Shown: piece after piece, positions 25,800-39,049 of the stretch
Layout: each line of letters starts with the position of its first letter
Position numbering within the stretch: the first letter of the stretch is position 1
Source: Octopus vulgaris
Taxonomy: Eukaryota
Direction of reading: 5' to 3'
Assembly (NCBI GenBank): GCA_951406725.2
Contig: OX597840.1
Coordinates: 17,360,001 to 17,424,000, forward strand
DNA length: 64,000 nucleotides
Made by a program: the position numbers and the translations under genes
Notes under the pieces: generated by a model
Databases searched by the model: none
Told to the model about the DNA's origin: nothing
The model's input: only the letters and a program-made list of their open reading frames with translations

Positions 25800-26432
25800 A
25801 TATAACATTTGTCCTCAGCCGCTTGGACTACTGCTCCCAACTATGGTCACCACACAATATAAAACTAACAGCAGAACTTGAAGCAATTCAGAGAAGCTAC
25901 ACAAAGAAAATCGTCTCAATGCAAAATATCAGCTACTGGGAAAGACTGAAGGTATTAAACCTCTTCTCCCTAGAGCGGAGGCGGGAGAGATATGCGGTGA
26001 TATACATCTGGAAAATCCTGAGGGTCTTGTCCCAAACTTTGGCATTCAAAGTTACCCCAACTGTAGAACGGGGGCCCCACTACATGGTGCCAAAGATTCC
26101 AACATCACCATCAAAATACAGGACCAGATACTGCAACAGCTTGGGTTTCAGAGGACCACAGCTCTTTAACATCCTCCCTAAATGCCTGAGAGACTTACAT
26201 GGTGTGGATGTGGGTTTCTTTAAAACTAAACTGGATCTCTTCTTGTCGGGAGTCCCAGATGAACCTACCTCACGACAGGAGACGCAGATGCGGGCAGCAG
26301 CATCGAACTCCCTTGTTGATCAAGTGCCACGTATCAGAGGTGGATTCACATATTAGTGTAGCTCATTCAGCGGTGGTGCCCCAGCATGGCTGCGGCCTTC
26401 GGGCTAAAACATTTTTAAGGATTTAAGGATTT
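25800..26432 (+). mobile_element. CR1/L2-group LINE 3' end
   Basis: SRLDYCSQLWSP...LEAIQR...YWERLKVLNLFSLERRRERY...FNILP...FKTKLDLFL; tail (taaggatt)n. Confidence 0.9.
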
Positions 26433-26458
26433 ATATATATATATATACACACATACAT

Positions 26459-26522
<64 letters not shown>

Positions 26523-26569
26523 TAATGTGTGTGTGTATATATATATATATAGCTATGTATGTATAGATA

Positions 26570-27320
26570 TACAGAAACTAGAGATAGATGAGTGGTTGGT
26601 GAGAGCTATACAAGTCATGTACAGGAATGCTGTTAGTAAGGTGAGGTTTGGCAGCGAGTACAGTGAAGAATTCCGGGTAGAAGTAGGGTCCACCAAGGAT
26701 CAGTCCTCAGCCCCCTCTTGTTCCTTATAGTCCTCCAGGCAATAACAGAAGAATTCAAGACAGGATGGCCCTGGGAGCTTCCCTATGCTGATGACCTTGC
26801 TCTAAAAGCTGAACCACTACCAGAACTAGAGAAGAAGTTTCACGTGTGGAAGCAAGGTCTAGAATTGAAGGTCGTTAGAGTCAATATAGCAAAAAGCAAA
26901 GTCTTAGTACATAGGAAACAGATAAATCACAGATCCCTTCACGTAGATGGCCCTGCTCAATCTTTAGAAAAGGCATAGGTAGAAACTCCATAAGATGTAC
27001 CCAGTGTAAGCTATGGATATATAAGAACTGCAGCAATATCAGAGGAAGGTTAATAGGGAAGATAGCTTTTGCGTGTGGAAGGTGCACGGGTACAATAAAC
27101 ACTAAAAATGTGCAGAAAATAGATTCCATCAAATGCCAGGCATGGGGAAACTAGAAGTAGTTGATAACCTCCGTTACCTAGGTGACCAGTCAGTAGCAAG
27201 GGTTGGATGCTTCAAGTGTGTAGCTGCTAGAATAAGAATAGGTGGGCAAAATTAAGAGAGCTCCTACCTCTGCTGGTAACAAAAGGCCTCTTGGTCAGAG
27301 TGAAAGGCAGGATGTATGAT
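26570..27320 (+). mobile_element. RTE-clade LINE RT fragment with Cys-rich insertion, degraded
   Basis: [10 protein letters not shown] and YADDL RT motifs; CTQCKLW..C..C.RC insertion. Confidence 0.88.
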
Positions 27321-27324
27321 ACTT

Positions 27325-28182
27325 CTTTTATCTTTCAAAATTAAGATAAACAAAGTTCTTTTTAATCTAAAATAAACTCTCCTTCATTTTCTACAATGTT
27401 CTTCCATCTATTTGGTAGGCTTGCAAGGCACCGCTTCCAAAACTCACTTGTCCACGATGAAAAATACTCTTGCGGTACTGTTCTGACCTCGTCTACAGAA
27501 TTCATATTTTTTCCATCCAAATGATTTTGAAGACTGTGGAATAAATGATAATCAGTTGGGGCAATGTCCGATGAATATGGTGGGGCATCGTTTCCTATTC
27601 AAACTGCTCCATCCTTTGGAATGTCATTCTTGCTGTATGTGGCTGAGCATTATCCTGATGGAAGAACACCTTTTGTCTTGAAACCAAAGATGGTTGTTTT
27701 TCTTCTAGTGCAGGTGTTGATAAATGGTTGAATGACCAAATCCAAGCTTCTCTGCTAATTTCTCAGCTGTTATGATGGGATTTTGTTCTACGGGGGTTTG
27801 CAGGATGTCCTCGTCTAGCTTTACAGATCTTCCAGAACAAGTCTTATCTTCAAGGCTATAGTTTCTGGCTTACACATATTGTCCAATCCCTATAAACTGC
27901 ATTAATATTCTTCACACTTTCCCTTGCATTGTTGCCTTTATTGAACTCACAAACCAAAATATGGCAAATATGCTCCTTTGTCATTTCCGTTTATAACTTT
28001 GTAAAAATAACTGTTAAAATCAAACTGCACTCTTCAAGACTTGTACTAAGAATAAGGACAAGGTAAAATTTCTACCTGCTTTTATTGCAAGTTAATGCAG
28101 GTAGTTTATTCCATACCACCTCTGACTTTTAGTTCATGTAATTAAAAAAAAAAAAACCATACTATTTATTGGGGGACCCAAT
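27325..28182 (-). mobile_element. Degraded mariner
   Basis: Minus-strand HQDNAQPH and PPYSSDIAPTDYHLF remnants plus an N-terminal HTH remnant. Confidence 0.8.
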
Positions 28183-29102
28183 CAATACTATTAATATGCT
28201 TAAGGGCAGCAAGCTGGCAGAAACGTTAGCATGCTGGGCGAAATGCTTAGTGGTATTTCGTCTACCGCTATGTTCTGAGTTCAAATTCTGCTGAGGTTGA
28301 CTTTCATCCTTTCGGGGTTGATTAATTAAGTACCAATTATGCACTGGGGTCAATATAATCGACTTAATGCGTTTGTCTGTCCTTGTTTGTTCCTTCTGTG
28401 TGTAGCCCCTTGTGGGCAGTAAAAAAATAAGAAATGTTAGCACGCCGGGTGAAATGCTTAGCGGTATTTCATCAGACTTTACATTCTGAGTTCAAATTCC
28501 GCTGATGTCGACTTTGCCTTTTATCCTTTCGGGGTTGATAAATTAAGTACCTATTGTGCACTAGGGTCAATCTAATCAACTGGCCCCTTCTCCCAAAATT
28601 TTGGGCCTTGTGCCTTGAATAGAAAAGAGTTAGTGCTTAGTTTTTTTTTTTTGGTTTTTGTACATACTTGTGGTGTATGTCACACTTACTTCAAAGGATG
28701 AGGTAAAAAGGTTGAAGGGAGAGGTACAAAGAAAAAGAGAAATGAAAGGTGTTAAGCAGAGGAGGCGTACTTGAAGTGAGTGGCAAAGCGGGAGGGAGGG
28801 AGGGAACAGCCGCAGAGGAAGTTTAGTGGAAGTGAGAGGCAGAGCAACAAAGAGGAGGAAGTATGAGGGAGTGAGAGAAAGAGAGAGAAAGAGATGATTG
28901 ATAGCGCTGAGAAGTAAGAGAGATAAAATGCGATAAATGCAGTAGGAGAGTTAGAGGCAAAGAGACATAGAGGAGGGGGGAGTTAAGGAAGGGAGAGGAT
29001 AAAGAATAATAGTGAAAGAGTGGAACCATTCTCATACAGAAAACGCTGGAAAACTTTTCCTTTTTGACGATATATGATAATTGCAAAAAGAAATGTTACC
29101 TC

Positions 29103-29156
<54 letters not shown>

Positions 29157-29157
29157 C

Positions 29158-29244
<87 letters not shown>

Positions 29245-29799
29245 AGACAGATATTCTGTCTGTCTGCCTCACTCTCTCTAACACACCCACACTCTCTCCC
29301 TCTGTCTGTCTTTCTCTCAGCAAATAACTGTGAATGTTACTGTTACTTTTCTACAGTTGATGGGAGAGGTTGATCAGTATTTTCAGAGTAGACTGATGCA
29401 TACATCGGAAGGAAAGTAGATACATAGATACATACACACATTGTTAAATTAAAAGTGGGAGAGTGGAGGGACACAGAGGAAGTGAGAGAGAAAGTGAGAG
29501 AGACAGTAGATACATAGATCGAAAGAAAAGTTGATATATAGATACATAGACAGATTTTTAAACGAAAGACAAATAACTACAGCAAACATTGGATGCCACT
29601 TTCACTTTTTATTACCACACGAGGATAAAATTAACTCACAAGCGGCTGAGTACTCCACAGACATGCATACCATTAATGTAATTCTCGGGGAGATTCAGTC
29701 TCACACAGAATATGACAAGGCTGGCCCCTTTCAGTTACAGCTACAACTCATTTTGGCCAGCTGAGTGAACTGGAGCAAGTGTTTGGAAGAAAACAAAAA

Positions 29800-30458
29800 A
29801 AGATCCTATATAGGGGTAGGAAAATCTTTTTAGTCGTTAGGGTCACTATGGGTGTTAATCTGGTCCTACCAGCAGCATTTGTGGGTCTCACAGATATGGA
29901 AGCCAAGGCCCCAGATAAACACAGATGCACAGGCTGTTGTTATCAAACTGAGCATGAGTCGAGGGTGAATACACAACGGAATAACATTTTGTCTCAGCTT
30001 TCACTGCTTATACTAAACACATGACATTTTTGCCTTACCACATTTTAAAAAAATGGCAATGTTGCTTACAACGACAAAGTTCCTGTTTATTTGATCAACA
30101 AAATAACCTGCCCATAAAATTAAAACGCAAGTGGCTGAGTACTCCACAGAGATGCATACCATAACGTAGTTCTCAGGGAGATTCAGCCTCACACAGAATG
30201 TAACAAGGCTGGCCCCTTTGAATTACAGCTACACCTCATTTTGCTAGCTGAGTGGACTGCAGCAAGGTTAAGTAGAGTACCTTGCTCAAGAACACAGCGT
30301 GCCACTGGGAATCGTACTCATGACTTTACGATCGTGGACCGAATACACCTTTAACTCCTACTATCTTTGACACTCTCATTAACGATCTCAAAGTCCCTCT
30401 TACACAAACCACTGTAATTCAATCTGTTATTAATACCAGCCAAACTTGCCTAAAACCA

Positions 30459-30531
<73 letters not shown>

Positions 30532-30846
30532 AAAAATAGGGAGAAGAGGACAACCATCATGCCTTGAATACGACCAAGGAATAAGACAATATAGACATTG
30601 GCGTGTGGACAATATTAAGCGTTTCTGCTCGTTAAGATAATGACCATTTTGCATCGTTAAGGGTGTTGCTTTAATTAATCAAACTATCTTGACTCAGCAC
30701 GTTAAGTATGTTAGTCGGAACCACTTTACTACGTTTAATAAGTGACAGCGAATAGAAAAAAAATTGTTTTCTATTACATTATAAAATATTCGGCCAGCGA
30801 TGACATCCGGTGTGTGTAGGTGATAAAGTGTCGACTGTTGTAGATT
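29800..30846 (-). pseudogene. Three fossil exons (30780-30846, 30530-30624, 29800-30003) spelling an AMOP domain
   Basis: Each follows a cag acceptor: TGCHRW; YCPH...GR/YSRHDGC; TKCYS...CICVY/SGAL...AAGR. Order matches the AMOP pattern CxxW..CP..GRF.D.GC..CY..CCY..G; contains stops and frameshifts. Confidence 0.45.
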
Positions 30847-31871
30847 CTGAAATAAACACTCTGTGATTGCAAGGAAGGAAGCTCACAATATCCTGTAGAA
30901 GTTTCATCTTCAGACAGTAAACAACTAGAGAAGATGTGTTAGTGCTTACGCATCTACCCTAGTGTAATATTGTACACACCCAATGGTGGAAAACTGGCAG
31001 ATATGTTAGCACACCGGGCAAAATGCTTAGCCGTATTTCATCTGCCGTTACATTCTGAGTTCAAATTTCGCCAAGGTCGACTATGCCTTTCATCCTTTCG
31101 GGGTCGATTAAATAAGTAACAGTTATGCACTGGGGTCGATGTAATCACCTTAATCCATTTGTATGTCCTTGTTTGTCCCCTTGTGCACAATAAAGAAATA
31201 AGAAATGTTAGCATGCTGGGTGAAATGTTTAGCAGTATTTCGTCTGTCTTTACGTTCTGAGTTCAAATTTTGTTGAGGCCAACTTTGCCTTTCATCCTTT
31301 CGGGGTTGATAAATTAAGTACCAGTTGCGTACTGGAGTCGATCTAATCGACTGGCCCCCTTACCCCAAATTTCAGGTCATATGCCTATAGTAGAAAGGAC
31401 TATTATTATTTTTATAGCGAGGCGGTGAGCTGGCAGAATCGTTGGCACACCAGGAGAAATGCTTAGTGGTATTTAATCTGTCTTTATGTTCTGAGTTCAA
31501 ATTCCACCGAGGTCGATGTTGCCTTTCATCCTTTCGGGGTTGATAAATTAAGTACCTGTTGTGTACTAGGGTCGATCTAATCGACTGGCCCCCTCCCTAC
31601 CAAATTTCAGGCCTTGTGCCTATAATAGAAAGCATTATTGTACACATCTAAGGTAGCAAACTGACAGAGTCGTTATCACTCAGGGTGAAAAGCTTAGTGG
31701 CATTCCATCTGTCTTTGTGTTCTGAGTTCAAATTCTGCTGAAGTTGACTTTGCTTTTTGTCTTTTTAGGGGCTCGATAAAATAAGTACCAGTTGAACACT
31801 GGGGTTGATGAAATCAACTTTCCGTTCCCTCAAAATCGCTGGTCTGGTGAAAAAATGCGAAATCATCATTA

Positions 31872-32248
31872 CTATTACCTCTGCCTTAGCGAAGGCAAAG
31901 GTATTGTTTTTAGTTGTGTTTGTTTGTTTGCTTGATTGTGGACAAGATATTTCAAGAACCACTGGATGGATTCTCATGAAACTTTCAGGGATGTTTGGCC
32001 TCGTGGCTAGCATAAACTGATTAGATTTTAGGATCGACCTGGTACCGGACAAGGATTCTGGATTATTTTTCCTGTTTTTTTTTTTACTTAATTTTTGAGA
32101 GAAGTCAAGTTCGTTTTTATTATTCTCGTTTGTGAGAGCAGTCGAGTTTATTTCAGATATTCTCAATTTAAAAATCATCTCTGGCTAATTGTTGAGAGGA
32201 TGTTGGCGTTTCCTTGGTTGAGGTTTGTGTTCTCTGAGTGCTCTTGTT
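31872..32248 (+). mobile_element. Helentron/DINE-like non-autonomous element
   Basis: 5' ttattacctctgcc, (gttt)n tract, 'tggatggattctcatgaaactt', 3' 'gaggtttgtgttctctgagtgctcttgtt'. Confidence 0.7.
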
Positions 32249-32846
32249 ATTATTATTACTAAGGTGGCAAGCTGGCAGAATTGTTAGCATGCCAGTTAAA
32301 ATGCTTGGCAACATTTTGTCTGAGTTTATATTCTGAGTTCAAATTCTGCTGAGGTCAACTTTGACTTTCGCTCTTCCAGGACTCGATAAAATAAGTACCA
32401 GTTGAATACTGGGTCAATGAAATTGATTTACCCCTCTCCCAAAATCACTGGTCTTGTGCCAAAATTTGAAACCTTTATTACCATTATTAAGGTGGTGAGC
32501 TGGCAGAATCGTTAACACACAGGGCAAAATGCTTATTGGCATTTTATTTTACTTTAGGTTCTGAGTTCAAATTCTGCAGACACTAGGATCGACATAATCG
32601 ATTTAATTACTAGGCTTACAAAGAATAAGTCATAGGGTCGGTTTCCTTGACTAAAACCCTTTAATGCAGTGCTCCAGCTTGGCCGCAGTCAAATGACTAA
32701 AACATGATAAAAAAAAATGAAAGAATAAACAAATAAATAAATATATAAATAAATAAAAGCTGAAAGAGTCTTTGTCCTCATCTGAAATATTTTTTAATAA
32801 TGACGTCAACTGTTTTATGTTGGACGTAAAACAACGGCCAAAACAA

Positions 32847-32977
32847 TGGTTCTGTCTGCTGTAGATGTGTGTTGGTGTTATTGCCAAATGGAGGTGCCTC
32901 TTGGATCCGTTTCGTCAGTGACCAGTTGGTCAGTGACAGGATATTCAGGGCATTCGGATATTTGGTGTGGCAACGGC
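32847..32977 (-). pseudogene. Possible fossil AMOP-segment exon
   Basis: Unique sequence reading ISECPEY...TDETD...(frameshift)HCFG. Confidence 0.3.
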
Positions 32978-33099
32978 TTTATATTTATGTCAAGTAGATA
33001 AGTACATAAATATATGTAGATATATACACTCACTATATGTGTGTATATATGTGTCAAGTGTATGTATATATATATCATAGCTGCACCCTCGTTACATGA

Positions 33100-33960
33100 G
33101 AAAAACCATTGCCAAAAAGACTTACTGAAATGATTCATTATTGATGCCATGTGATGCCCTTATATGACTTTTAAGCCCGGCCCAAAGTTTTACACATTTT
33201 ATTACATACTGGACAACTGTGCTGGCTGGCAGGAGAAACAGGTGCCGCCATGTGCACTCCCCTAACATGTCTTTTTAGACCTCCAACTGAGAGGCACACC
33301 CTTCCACATTTTACCAATGTTCTGTTGTGAATTGTAATAGCCACATCAATGTTTATCATGGGTTGATTCCTGTGAGATTCTTGATGACTGATCAGGCCTG
33401 CTTGACTCAAACACCACCCACAAACCACACGCACAAAAAAGCAACACTCTCTCACTTTCCACAGGTTTCCCCTTCTAAGCCCCCTCCTAATTCTCTTATA
33501 CTTCACTCTCTCCCTCTCAAACCCCAAACAACCACTATGCACTGTCCTCCTCCATCCATCCTGGTCTTGTACCTCCCTCTCTCAATCACCAAACTGCAAT
33601 TCCTGTATTAAAGCCTTTTTTAAGGCAATCCTTAAACCTTAGCTTAGGCTTATACACTGGTCTCCTGCAATCTTCCATCTTCCAGCTGCTTGGGCAGTTG
33701 CTCATCCCTCATCCTTACCAGATTCCCTCGCCCACCCCAAGCGTCTTTGCAAAGTCATTGACTCTATACTCCTACTGTCACTCCTCTCAAGCATCTCCAC
33801 ATTACTAATGGCCATTTTCCAGTTTATCCTTCAAATTTTTCTCAAACAGATTTGATAGTATCGTCCCAGTTGCCTTACATGCCTCCGGGGAATAACTCAT
33901 GCCTTGCTCCCATATAGCAAAGATGGCTGGACGCATGTGTTATATACCTTAACTTTAATA
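33100..33960 (-). mobile_element. Degraded LINE remnants including an RTE-type C-terminal C2H2 zinc-finger region
   Basis: CGRVCLSVGGLKRHVRGVH and CPVCNKMCKT in a decayed context. Confidence 0.5.
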
Positions 33961-33984
33961 TGTGAAGATATATTATGTCATGTC

Positions 33985-36405
33985 CACAGTTCAGTCATGG
34001 AGACGAGCTGCAGGAAAGCACGTCTCACAAACGGTGGCCACACCCGTTCACCGTCGTTGATGTAGAGCTGGAGATGTCACAGTCTCAGTGCGTGTCTGCG
34101 CATCATCAGCCATGGCATGCCCAGCCCTTCTTTTAGCGGGTGTTGGCAGCAAATGGATCACCTGACCATCGGAACGCTTCCTTTCCACAAGAAGTGGAAC
34201 AGGATGCTTTCCAGTTTGGTGATGGTTGGGTCAGGACAAGGCACGACGGTCAGGCGGTAGTAGATGACGGACGCGAAGTACATGTTTGTCACCTCCACCT
34301 GACCTTTTAGGGATAGCTTTCTCTCGGCCCATTGCCAGACAAGAGTGGCCACCCTACTCATTATCTCATCCCAGTTTTTCTCCATTTGGAGGTCCGGACC
34401 AAACCAGATCCCAAGCAACTTGACCGGACCTTTGGTCCAGCATCCCCCAATGGAGGCACTGCTGGACAGCATGGGCTTGCTTCCCCAGGTGCCAAGAAAC
34501 AAGTCCACAGACTTTTCCCAGTTCATTTTCGTTCCTGTTACCTCTTCGTAGTTTTTCAGTGTTTCGCTGACCAGCTCGATGTGGTTGTGGCTAGACACTA
34601 TGATGGTGACGTTGTCCGCATACGCAGACATGCTCGTCCTGTATCCCAGTTCTCACGGGTTGCCCCTCAGTATCGCCAGCTTCTGCAGCAGTCAAGTGTC
34701 AATATGTACAGAAGTGATGAGAGAAGGCATCCCTAACAGACTGAACATGCAATGTCGAATGATCTCAATTGATGCCCATCCACATGAATTACTGAACAGA
34801 TGCCTTTGTATAAGGCAGTGTTCCACCAACGGAAAACGGGACCAAAACCAGCCGCTATGAGGACAGCCTCCAAGTATCGATGGTCTACTCTATCGAAAGC
34901 TTTGAATTGATCCAAATTGATCAGTGCCCCACCCATGCCAGGTTCCTTAAATACCCTGTCTATGATGTAGCGCATGAGGTGGATGTTGTCATGGATGCTC
35001 CAGCCCAGCATGGCACACGTTTGCGCCTTGTTAACCAGTTTCTCGATAACAAGTACCAACCTCTTGGCTAGCACCTTGGCCAAAATGTTCAAATCTGCAT
35101 TGAGCAGAGTGATGGGCCTAAAGTTATCTATTACGTTTCCCTTGTTTGGATCTTTCTTTAGCAGCATTGCAGCTCCTCGGCTCACAAAATCGGGGATGCT
35201 CCTGTTTTGCTGCCCGTTGCAGTACACACCTCCAAACAAGTCTGGCATACAATTGTATAGCTTGTAGGGCAGATCATCCAAACCCGGCAATTTGTCCCTC
35301 GTGCACTCTGCCATTGCGTCTCACACATCCGCCGCTGTGATGGCACCTTCACAACACTCTGCCTCTCTAGCCGAGAGTCATGGCAGGCTAGGCAAGTAGG
35401 CACTGAAGTCCACCCTGCGTTCTTGCTCACCACCTGTCCCAAAAAGTCAGGTAAAGTGCTGCTGAAAGGCCTCACATATTTTACTAGGCTCAAGTAATTC
35501 GTGCCCCTGTTCATCCATCAGAGACGCAATGGTGGCTTTGTTGCCCTGTTGCGCCTCTGCCACCTGGTCCTCTCACACGGCTCCAACATTTTCATTCCTT
35601 AGAGCATGCGTCCTAGTCCTGACAACATTCCCTTCGTGTTTGGCATTGAAGTGTTGGTCGAAGGCCAATCTCGCCGCCAATACGTCAGATGTAATGCCAC
35701 TTCTTATCGCCTCTTCTAGTTTCTTAACTAGGTCACCCACTATTTTGTTTCTATGTATCGCTAGCGCTTTGCTATACCTAATCGCTTCAGCTTTTATTGC
35801 TCTCTTGAGGGCAAACCACCATTTGTTGTTGATGATGGCTCCCGTCAAAGCCCTTTACACTAGCATGCTAATCAGGTCTCTAAAAACCCTGTCTTGACAG
35901 GAGAGATGCGTTCAGTTTCCAGTAACCGGGACCCTGTCCATGTGCCTTATCTAAGTCTAGTGTACACGTCACAAGTTTGTGTTCCGTGTAGCTGACTATG
36001 TGGAATTGTGTACCCATTACGCTATGTCTATCTACTGTCTTACACAGTATTCTATCTAGATACGATCTTGACGACCTGATGCATTTGCTCCATGTCTACA
36101 TTGGCGCATTCAAGTGGTCTAGTTGGTTCTTGTCAGACAGTTGAAAGCATCTGAGCAGGTCTCTGAGGTATTTGCATCCTCGTATATTCCTATATCTGCC
36201 CACGTAGTCTAGATGCATGTCCAAGGTAGCATTCCAATCCCCTACTAAAAATAAAGGACGAGACGTTCCTAGGAATACTTCTAGACGTCGAAAGAAATCC
36301 GGCCGACCTGTTAAAGGCGGTGCGTAGACTGATACGAGTCGAAAAGCACACCCATCGCTGCCGTTGATATCCAGGACAACCAGTCTACCCTCCAGGTCTA
36401 CGAAT
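33985..36405 (-). mobile_element. Tx1/L1-clade LINE ORF2 fragment (APE endonuclease + RT), frameshifted
   Basis: GRLVVLDI..VSVYAP..VGDWNATLD; NFRPITLLNAD; LDQFKAFDRVDH; SAYADNVT; LSLKG.V. Confidence 0.93.
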
Positions 36406-36438
36406 ATTAGAAAGATAGATAGATAGATAGATATAAAT

Positions 36439-36499
<61 letters not shown>

Positions 36500-36551
36500 G
36501 AGAAAGACAGAGAAAGAATATATATAGACTAAGAGATAGAATATAGATAGA

Positions 36552-36587
<36 letters not shown>

Positions 36588-37044
36588 AAGATACAGACAG
36601 AGGGGTAGACAGATAGATAGATAGATAGAAAGATAGATAGATAGAAAGAGAGAGAGAGTGAGAGAGAGAGGCAGATAAACAACTGCTGCTGCTGTTGCTG
36701 CTGTTGATGACAACAATGAAAACAATGTCAGCGATGATGATGATGATGATGTCGACTTGCAGGGCGGTGGTCGTGATTGTGGTTGAATCAGAAGATGGCG
36801 GCATGAAGTGTTGGAAGAGGAGATGTCATCCAAGGGTCCAAGGGTGGGGTTTCACCAGAAAAGAAATAAAACAAACACCATTTATCTCAATCATATTAGC
36901 TCTAACAAGGATTTCCTTTCTACACCATCGCTCCCCCCCCGATCCCACCACCCCACCACCACCCCCACCACCACCACCACCACCACCACTGTCCCCGCCG
37001 CCGCCGCCGCTGCTGCTGCTGCCACCAATTCATGCCAGACAGAC

Positions 37045-37170
37045 TAAACTCTTATGAGTACTGCTGAAGTGGTTAAGGTCACTCCTCAACAATGTAGTTC
37101 CTGGTTTTAGCCCGACTTGGTACCACCTCAATCCATTTGTTACCCAATTCCTGTCAAAGTATGCTGCTGC
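37045..37170 (-). pseudogene. Fossil AMOP N-terminal exon, paralogous to 59177-59363
   Basis: YFDRNWVTNGLRWYQ..KP / NYIVEE*P aligns with RFTSWAENCLWYS..SP..NAIAQQCP. Confidence 0.55.
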
Positions 37171-37630
37171 CTTTGTTTCAATTAATTTTCAAAATAATGA
37201 AGAATTGTTCTTATTAAGCTGGTGTTTGGAACATAAACTGAGATGGAATTTTGATGGAAGGTCAATGATTTAACCCTTTCGATATCAACCTGCCCAGGAC
37301 TGCCTTTGGTTCTATGATAAAAACTTGCTGTTTTAAAATGATTTGAATTAAAACCTTCTTCTTGGCCAAGGGCACAACACACCACTTGATATTGAACTCA
37401 TGACCTTAGCATTGTAAGTTGAATACACTGACCACTAAGTCATATGCCTTTCCATTCTTGATAAACACATCAACAGCAAACACATAGTTTGTATTGAACT
37501 AAACATGATACAAACCGAAAACATAATGGTAAGACCTTAGCTACATGGAAGCACCATTACCACCTGACTGACTTCTCCTGTGCTATAGAAATGGCCATTT
37601 AAATAAAGGAGGCTCTTCTGCATCTTGCTA

Positions 37631-38196
37631 TTGGGTTGTCCGGAAAGTTCGTGCCGATTTATAGTAGCTCACCTTTCGACTTATTTTAGAACATGGTTGA
37701 GTCCATAAAATAGGATTTGACTTCACCTCCATTTAGATCACAGTTTAAGCTATCTTTTCGTGGAAGAAGGTTTATGTTCCTATAAGCTGTGTTAATTCTG
37801 TAACCCAGTAAAATGGAAGATAAGAAAGTTCATTTTCGGCACTTGATGCTTTGGGAATCAGACAAAAATTGCTGCAGCTCGGCTGTGATATGTTACCCCA
37901 TCCTCCATATTCACCAGATATTGCTCCTTCGAATTTCCACTTATTCAGGTCTCTGCAGAATAGTCTTAATGGTAAAAGTTCCAATTCCTTGGTTGACGTA
38001 AAAAGATACCTTGATGTATTCTTTGCCATGAAACCACCTGAATTCTGGGAAGAGGGTATTTTCAAGTTAAAGGAAAGATGGAGACGCATTGTGTAACAAA
38101 ATGGTTCATATTTGGTTGATTAAAAATGTAATGGCAAGTACTTATTGGCCTTTTCCTTTCCTTTAAAAATCGACACGAACTTTCCGGACAACCCAA
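37631..38196 (+). mobile_element. Internally deleted mariner, copy 2 (same family as 25234-25792)
   Basis: TA TSD, TIRs and the same deletion junction. Confidence 0.93.
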
Positions 38197-39049
38197 TATA
38201 AATCCATGGTGGTTTCTGGCAGATTGGTTAAGCATGTTTTTTCTAAAATGTCTAATTGCTGGCAAGGTAGTAGTATTTCGTTTTGTGACTGTAATATACT
38301 ACTAGATATATATTATAGGTTTATAAGACAATACTATGCCCTACTATGTGTTAACAATGTTATAATTTCACTTTTTAAGGTTATCAATTGGTGTAACATA
38401 ATTAAATAGACACAGGAGCGGCTGTATGGTAAGTAGCTTGCTTACCAACCACATGGTTCCGGGTTCAGTCCCACTGCGAGGCACCTTGGGCAAGTGTCTT
38501 CTACTATAGCCTGGGGCCGACCAAAGCCTTGTGAGTGGATTTGGTAGACGGAAACTGAAAGAAGCCCGTCGTATATATGTATATATATGTGTGTGTGTGT
38601 ATGTGTGTGTGTGTGTTTGTCCTCCACAACACTGCTTGACAACCGATGCTGGTGTGTTTACGTCCCTGTAACTTAGTGGTTCGGCAAAAGAGACCGATAA
38701 AATATGTTCTAGGATTACAAAGAATAAGTCCTGGGGTTCATCTGCTTGACTAAAGGTGGTGCTCCAGCATGGCCGCAGTCAAATGACTGAAACAAGTAAA
38801 AGAGTAAAAGACCAAAGTGACAAATCAGGGAAAATAGGTGATGGGTGTACATACATATTTTGAAGATTATTGTCCTTTCATCCAGAAGCACATTGTTTAA
38901 ATACACACTAGGTCTAGTGGTGTAACATAATTGGATAAGCCAATGTGATTGAAGATAGAAAAAATATGTGATGGGTGTATATGCATATTTTGAAGATTAT
39001 TGACCTTTCAACAGCAAATCATCTAACCAATCAACCATATTGTTTAAAT

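Noticed and set aside
33171-33420. C2H2 zinc-finger gene (expanded family in octopus)
   Set aside because: No TGEKP linkers; the pattern fits RTE LINE C-terminal fingers in a decayed context.
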